Below, piece after piece: positions 58,617 through 64,000 of a DNA stretch of 64,000 nt. Positions within the stretch are counted from its first letter, which is position 1, and every line of letters begins with the position of its first letter. A program made the translations under genes and the position numbers. A model generated the notes under the pieces. That model was not told the DNA's origin. It was given only the letters and a program-made list of their open reading frames with translations, and searched no databases. The DNA lies in the NCBI GenBank assembly GCA_951406725.2, contig OX597828.1, positions 16,554,001 to 16,618,000 of the forward strand. Reading direction: 5' to 3'. The stretch is from Octopus vulgaris (Eukaryota).

Positions 58617-58740
58617 CTTTATTTTAAGCAGCAGAAAATTCAACAAAATCTGTTACTCTGAGTTTCTCGTTGCCGTTCGAACGGCAACGAGAAACTCAGA
58701 GTAACAGATTTTGTTGAATTTTCTGCTGCTTAAAATAAAG
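58617..58740. repeat. 124-bp perfect spacerless palindrome with hammerhead 3' half
   Basis: Centre ccgttc|gaacgg at 58678/58679; each strand reads CGA-ACG(GCAA)CGA-GAAAC-TCAGA-GTA-ACAG. Confidence 0.97.
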
Positions 58741-58784
58741 TATATGTATTATATATATATATATGTATACATATATATGTTATA

Positions 58785-58875
<91 letters not shown>

Positions 58876-59237
58876 GTATGTATGGCTCACGTTAGAAAAG
58901 AACCATAGCGGCATGTTTTTAATACACATTCGGATTACAAAACTCGCAACCAAAAGAAAGAATCGTTAATTCTTCATATGCGCATTTAGTTGTTCACATG
59001 CAAGAAAGCATTATTCAAAGTGGAAGCAGTTCAAACCGTAGAAGCAGAAATCAATAAGTTTTCTGCTCCCGCTTTTATTATTATTCCTTCTCTGAACAGA
59101 TATATACATTTAACAACGTACAAATCGATGCGTGCATCCCGTTCTCGTGTAAAGACGAACACTCTTGCACAGGTAGGCACGCAATGCGTATGTACATCCG
59201 TGCGTAGGTACATACGTATATACGTATATACACACAC

Positions 59238-59293
<56 letters not shown>

Positions 59294-59539
59294 AGCATTC
59301 ATATACATACATACGTACACACATACACACGCACATGAACACGCACACACACATATATAAAGAGAGGGATGAATAAACAGATATACATATATATGCACAT
59401 ATAGACATATATATGTATATGCATACATACATACATACATACACACACAGACATATATATATATATATACATAGAGATATATATATAAACAGATAGACAT
59501 ATATATGTATATACATCCATCCATCCAGATACACACACG

Positions 59540-59573
<34 letters not shown>

Positions 59574-59614
59574 TATACCCGTATAGAGATATATATGTAT
59601 ATACATCCATCCAT

Positions 59615-59647
<33 letters not shown>

Positions 59648-59707
59648 TATATATATACATATACGTATATATATATATGTACGTATCTGCGCGCACACAC
59701 ACACACA

Positions 59708-59743
<36 letters not shown>

Positions 59744-60238
59744 TGAACGAGTAGCTATCTGTGTTTGCATATTTGTAAATGCATGTACATATACCTGTGT
59801 ATATCTATAAGTGTTTTTGTGCTTGTGTGTGTGTGTATATATACGTACATGTACGAAGGTGCATTCACACACACACACACACACACGCATATATGTATAT
59901 ATGTTATCTACGTATGTGTTGGTGTGAATATACGCAGTAAAGTACATACCATCTTTTGTATTAGATTCAGTTAGTATTCATAGCATCATAAACGTTGGTG
60001 CGTGGCCTTACACATACACACATACATACACTTATAGCTACATGTTTATGTATAATTATTAGATGCATAATTATCACAAGCATGCACACACAAATATATA
60101 TATATAAATATATATATATACTCACACATATATACAAGCACTCACAGCAAAACGAGGCATCTCATTGTAATAGCTTCTGATAGCCATGTACCTTTGTAAT
60201 CATGCAAACATTATTGTAATGTTGGATAACTCAGTGAA

Positions 60239-60537
<299 letters not shown>

Positions 60538-60866
60538 GTCTGTTCGTTTATCTATCTGTCTGTTCGTTTGTCTGCCTGCCTGTCTATCTATCTATTTATA
60601 ACTCCTCATTTCTCTATCTTTTTTTTCTCTGTTTATTCATTTTCTTTCTCTGTCTGTCTGTTTGTCTATCCATCATTCTATCTCTCTGCAATCTGGGTTG
60701 TGATGCAGACAAAAGAGATATAGAGAGCTTTAACTAAGTCATGTTCATGTCTTTTCTGTTCATGATTCTTTTAGTGAAATCAATCAAGCAGTGTTTGATG
60801 ATTGTTGAAGCTCATCAGAGTTGCTCCCTATTATAGCGTACATGCACACATAAAACTACATATGTG

Positions 60867-60898
<32 letters not shown>

Positions 60899-60975
60899 CA
60901 TATATATACACATACATATATATACATACATACATATATATATTTATACATATATATATATATATATACATATGC

Positions 60976-61008
<33 letters not shown>

Positions 61009-61286
61009 CATACATATATATATATACATATACATATATATATATATACATATATGTATATACATATGCATACACATATATATATATACTTATATGGTTA
61101 TACACATACATAAATACACATACGTACACGCATATATATATACATACACACATATATGTATATGATATATACATATATATATATATATATATGCATATAT
61201 ATAATATATATATGTATATACATATATGTGTATGTATCTATATATGTATATATGTGTATATGTATTTACTTGTGTATATAATCATG

Positions 61287-61318
<32 letters not shown>

Positions 61319-61408
61319 CTACATATATGCATATATATATATATTATACATGTGTATATGTGTATGTATATATACATATATACATACAAACTCACACACA
61401 CACACACC

Positions 61409-61442
<34 letters not shown>

Positions 61443-61819
61443 TATATATATATACACACACATATATGCATATGTATAAATGAGGGAACGAAGGATCGAG
61501 GGAATGAGTGGAGAGCGAGATTGCTGCGAGGATAATTAAAATGGCAGTTTGTTTCTTTTCTCTTCTGTTCGGGTTTGTTGTTATCTGGTCAAATCTAGTA
61601 GTCAATGCAGCGTTTCTAAGAGCCGGTTATTGGAAATTTTTGCTATGGTCATTGCTGGCACCTTGAAAATGGAACATGAATACACACAGTGATAGAATAT
61701 GTTGCGAAATCACGATCGATCGCTTTTTCAAAAGTAGAGAGAGAGAGAGAGAAAGTGTGTGTGAGAGGTGGGGAGAAGTAGAGAGATTGAGAATGTGAGA
61801 GGGGAGAAAGAGAGTTACA

Positions 61820-61850
<31 letters not shown>

Positions 61851-61869
61851 CAGAAAGAGAGAAAGTGAA

Positions 61870-61904
<35 letters not shown>

Positions 61905-63086
61905 AAGTGAAAGAGAAAGTGAAAGAGAGAGTGAGTGAGAGAGAGAGCTCTTTGCAATCCTTTCAACGAAAAATTTCCCTAGCTTCTTCGATATGCTTGG
62001 TTTCTCGATGCTATTTTCGAAGATCCTGGAAGAGAGAGATGGTAGGAAGAGAGAAGGAGTATGGAGATAAGGAAACCGGAATTGAAAGAAACAATTGCTG
62101 AAAGAGAGAGAACGAGAGAGAGAGAGAACCAAAGCAATAAAAAGAGAGAGGGAGAGGCAGAGATAAAGAGACTGAGACGAAGAAAGAAAGAGAGATAAAG
62201 AGAAAGAAAGAGACAGAGAAAAAGAGAGGAAGTGAAAAATAAAGAGAGAGCGAAATAAATGGAGAGAGAGAGAGAGAAATGTATAGAACTTTCTATTCTA
62301 TTTTAACTCGCTTTCCCTTGGGTTTGAAGCGATATTTCAGATTTGGTGAAAATGTATGTTTTTGTCCTCGGGAATTCGCTAATTTTAGCGAGTTTATTTC
62401 CTATCTAAACAGTTTTAGTCAACGATAAAATTCCAATCTATTTTTACTGCCTGACATATGCCTGTTTCTTCATTTTTTGGGTATTTTTTTTAGTATTGAC
62501 CACAGAAAATATGTTTGTTTATTTTATACAAAATATGTTGTTAAAATAGATCTTTCTTATTTTCTAAGAAGAAGTAGCCAAAGTTTACTGATGGAGTATG
62601 TATATGGTTTATGGATAATATTTTATAACGCATTTAACAACGCTTTATTTCGTCCACCGATGTAAAAAAATGTAAATAAATAAATGAATATAACGGATGG
62701 ATCTCCGTCAGTTTCGACGAAGAGTGATCTCGTTGTTTGACAAGCAGGACTATCTGTTCGTTGAGTGTCCTTTAGACACGTTTACCCTTAACTTAATGCT
62801 CGGGAAGAATCCCCGAGTCATTGTGTGAGACAGGTATTGCTCATTGAATAATAGATTCCATCCACCTAGTGACCATCTTGTTTAAATAGATGTTGTTTCA
62901 ATAGATCTTCGTTATTCTGTTGTTTAAATATGTTCTTTACATAGATTTTCGTTATTTTGAAAGAAAAGTAATGAAAGTCGATTGAGAGAGTATATATACA
63001 ATTCCTAAAAAAATATTTACAGTTCATCTAACAATAGATAACTTCCTGCTCTGGTCAAAATAATAATAATAATAATAATAATAATG

Positions 63087-63168
<82 letters not shown>

Positions 63169-63548
63169 TAATAAAATACGCTGATACAGTATCAGACACA
63201 CGCTCTCATGTCTTGTCTGATCATAACTGATTGGAAATATTATCACGTACATTAGTTTGTCTTGGTATTAAAGATGGGCTACAGCAAATATTCTGCTCAA
63301 TACCACACATTTGCTTGTCAGTTGTTTGACCGTAACCAATTGGGCATGTTCCTTAGTGGCTGACGATACGTGCATCTCTGTTCATGAGCAGAAGTAGTGA
63401 GGGAGCATCATAGCCAAATGTCGAGAGGAATTCTTTATGGTTTGGATAATTCACCTTCGGAAACAACGATGTCTTGTCCATCAAACTTAAACAACCATTA
63501 TTCAGGGACATTTTGAGTGAGGTGGGCTACTCGAACTGAAGACAATTC

Positions 63549-63604
<56 letters not shown>

Positions 63605-64000
63605 TATGTTTGACTTTTGCTTTATGTCTGTACAAGTTGGCTCCAAGTCTCACCCAGAGACCTCAAGAGACAACAGGTTAGAAGTTCTGTGCCATATATT
63701 TGGGGTTTTTTTTGGGTGTTGTACTCGTGAATGTCTAATACATAAAAATAAAAAATAAACAAAAAAAAATAAATAAAAAAATTTTTTTAAAAAAAGTTTG
63801 TTTTAAACCTTGGGATTACATAGAGAGTATTTTGCGTAGGATATGAGCAGTTCCCATGAGCACTATCTTTTGAATTTCTGCCATTTTGGGGTTTCCTGGT
63901 ATCTGAGTTAGGTAGCAATCAGTCCCTTTCGCTATCATTCCCAGGGCACCTATGACAACAGGTATTGTTTTAGTCTTCAGCTTCCACATTTTGCTGATTT
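63549..64000 (-). mobile_element. 3' end of a Dong/R4-clade non-LTR retrotransposon
   Basis: Uninterrupted frame ISKMWKLKTKTIPVVIGALGMIAKG..IQKIVLMGTAHILRKILSM* (stop 63816-63818), 3' UTR and (TAA)n at 63549-63603; runs off the window. Confidence 0.88.

Noticed and set aside
59031-59947. Long YI/CV-rich ORFs here and throughout
   Set aside because: Artefacts of (TA)n, (TG)n, (TATG)n and (TATC)n.

Overview
Repeat-saturated, AT-rich eukaryotic DNA with no recognisable host gene. The microsatellite density and SINE repertoire suggest a coleoid cephalopod, probably Octopus (inference). Most long ORFs in the track are microsatellite artefacts. Supportable content: many tRNA-headed SINE copies (four types, the commonest with a central microsatellite); an internally deleted Helitron with RepHel remnants and a short non-autonomous Helitron; an Hsmar1-like mariner relic; a Tigger-like MITE; a hAT-like fragment; 3' ends of Tx1-like and Dong/R4 LINEs; a decayed Penelope-like (Naiad-type) RT/endonuclease; and a tRNA-Leu pseudogene. 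The most unusual signal is a dispersed set of about a dozen hammerhead ribozyme (HHR)-like motifs plus several fold-back insertions in or beside (TA)n tracts. In at least four of the fold-backs the apex falls in the core or stem II of a hammerhead. Everything was read by eye, so boundaries of decayed copies are approximate and family labels A-D are my own.
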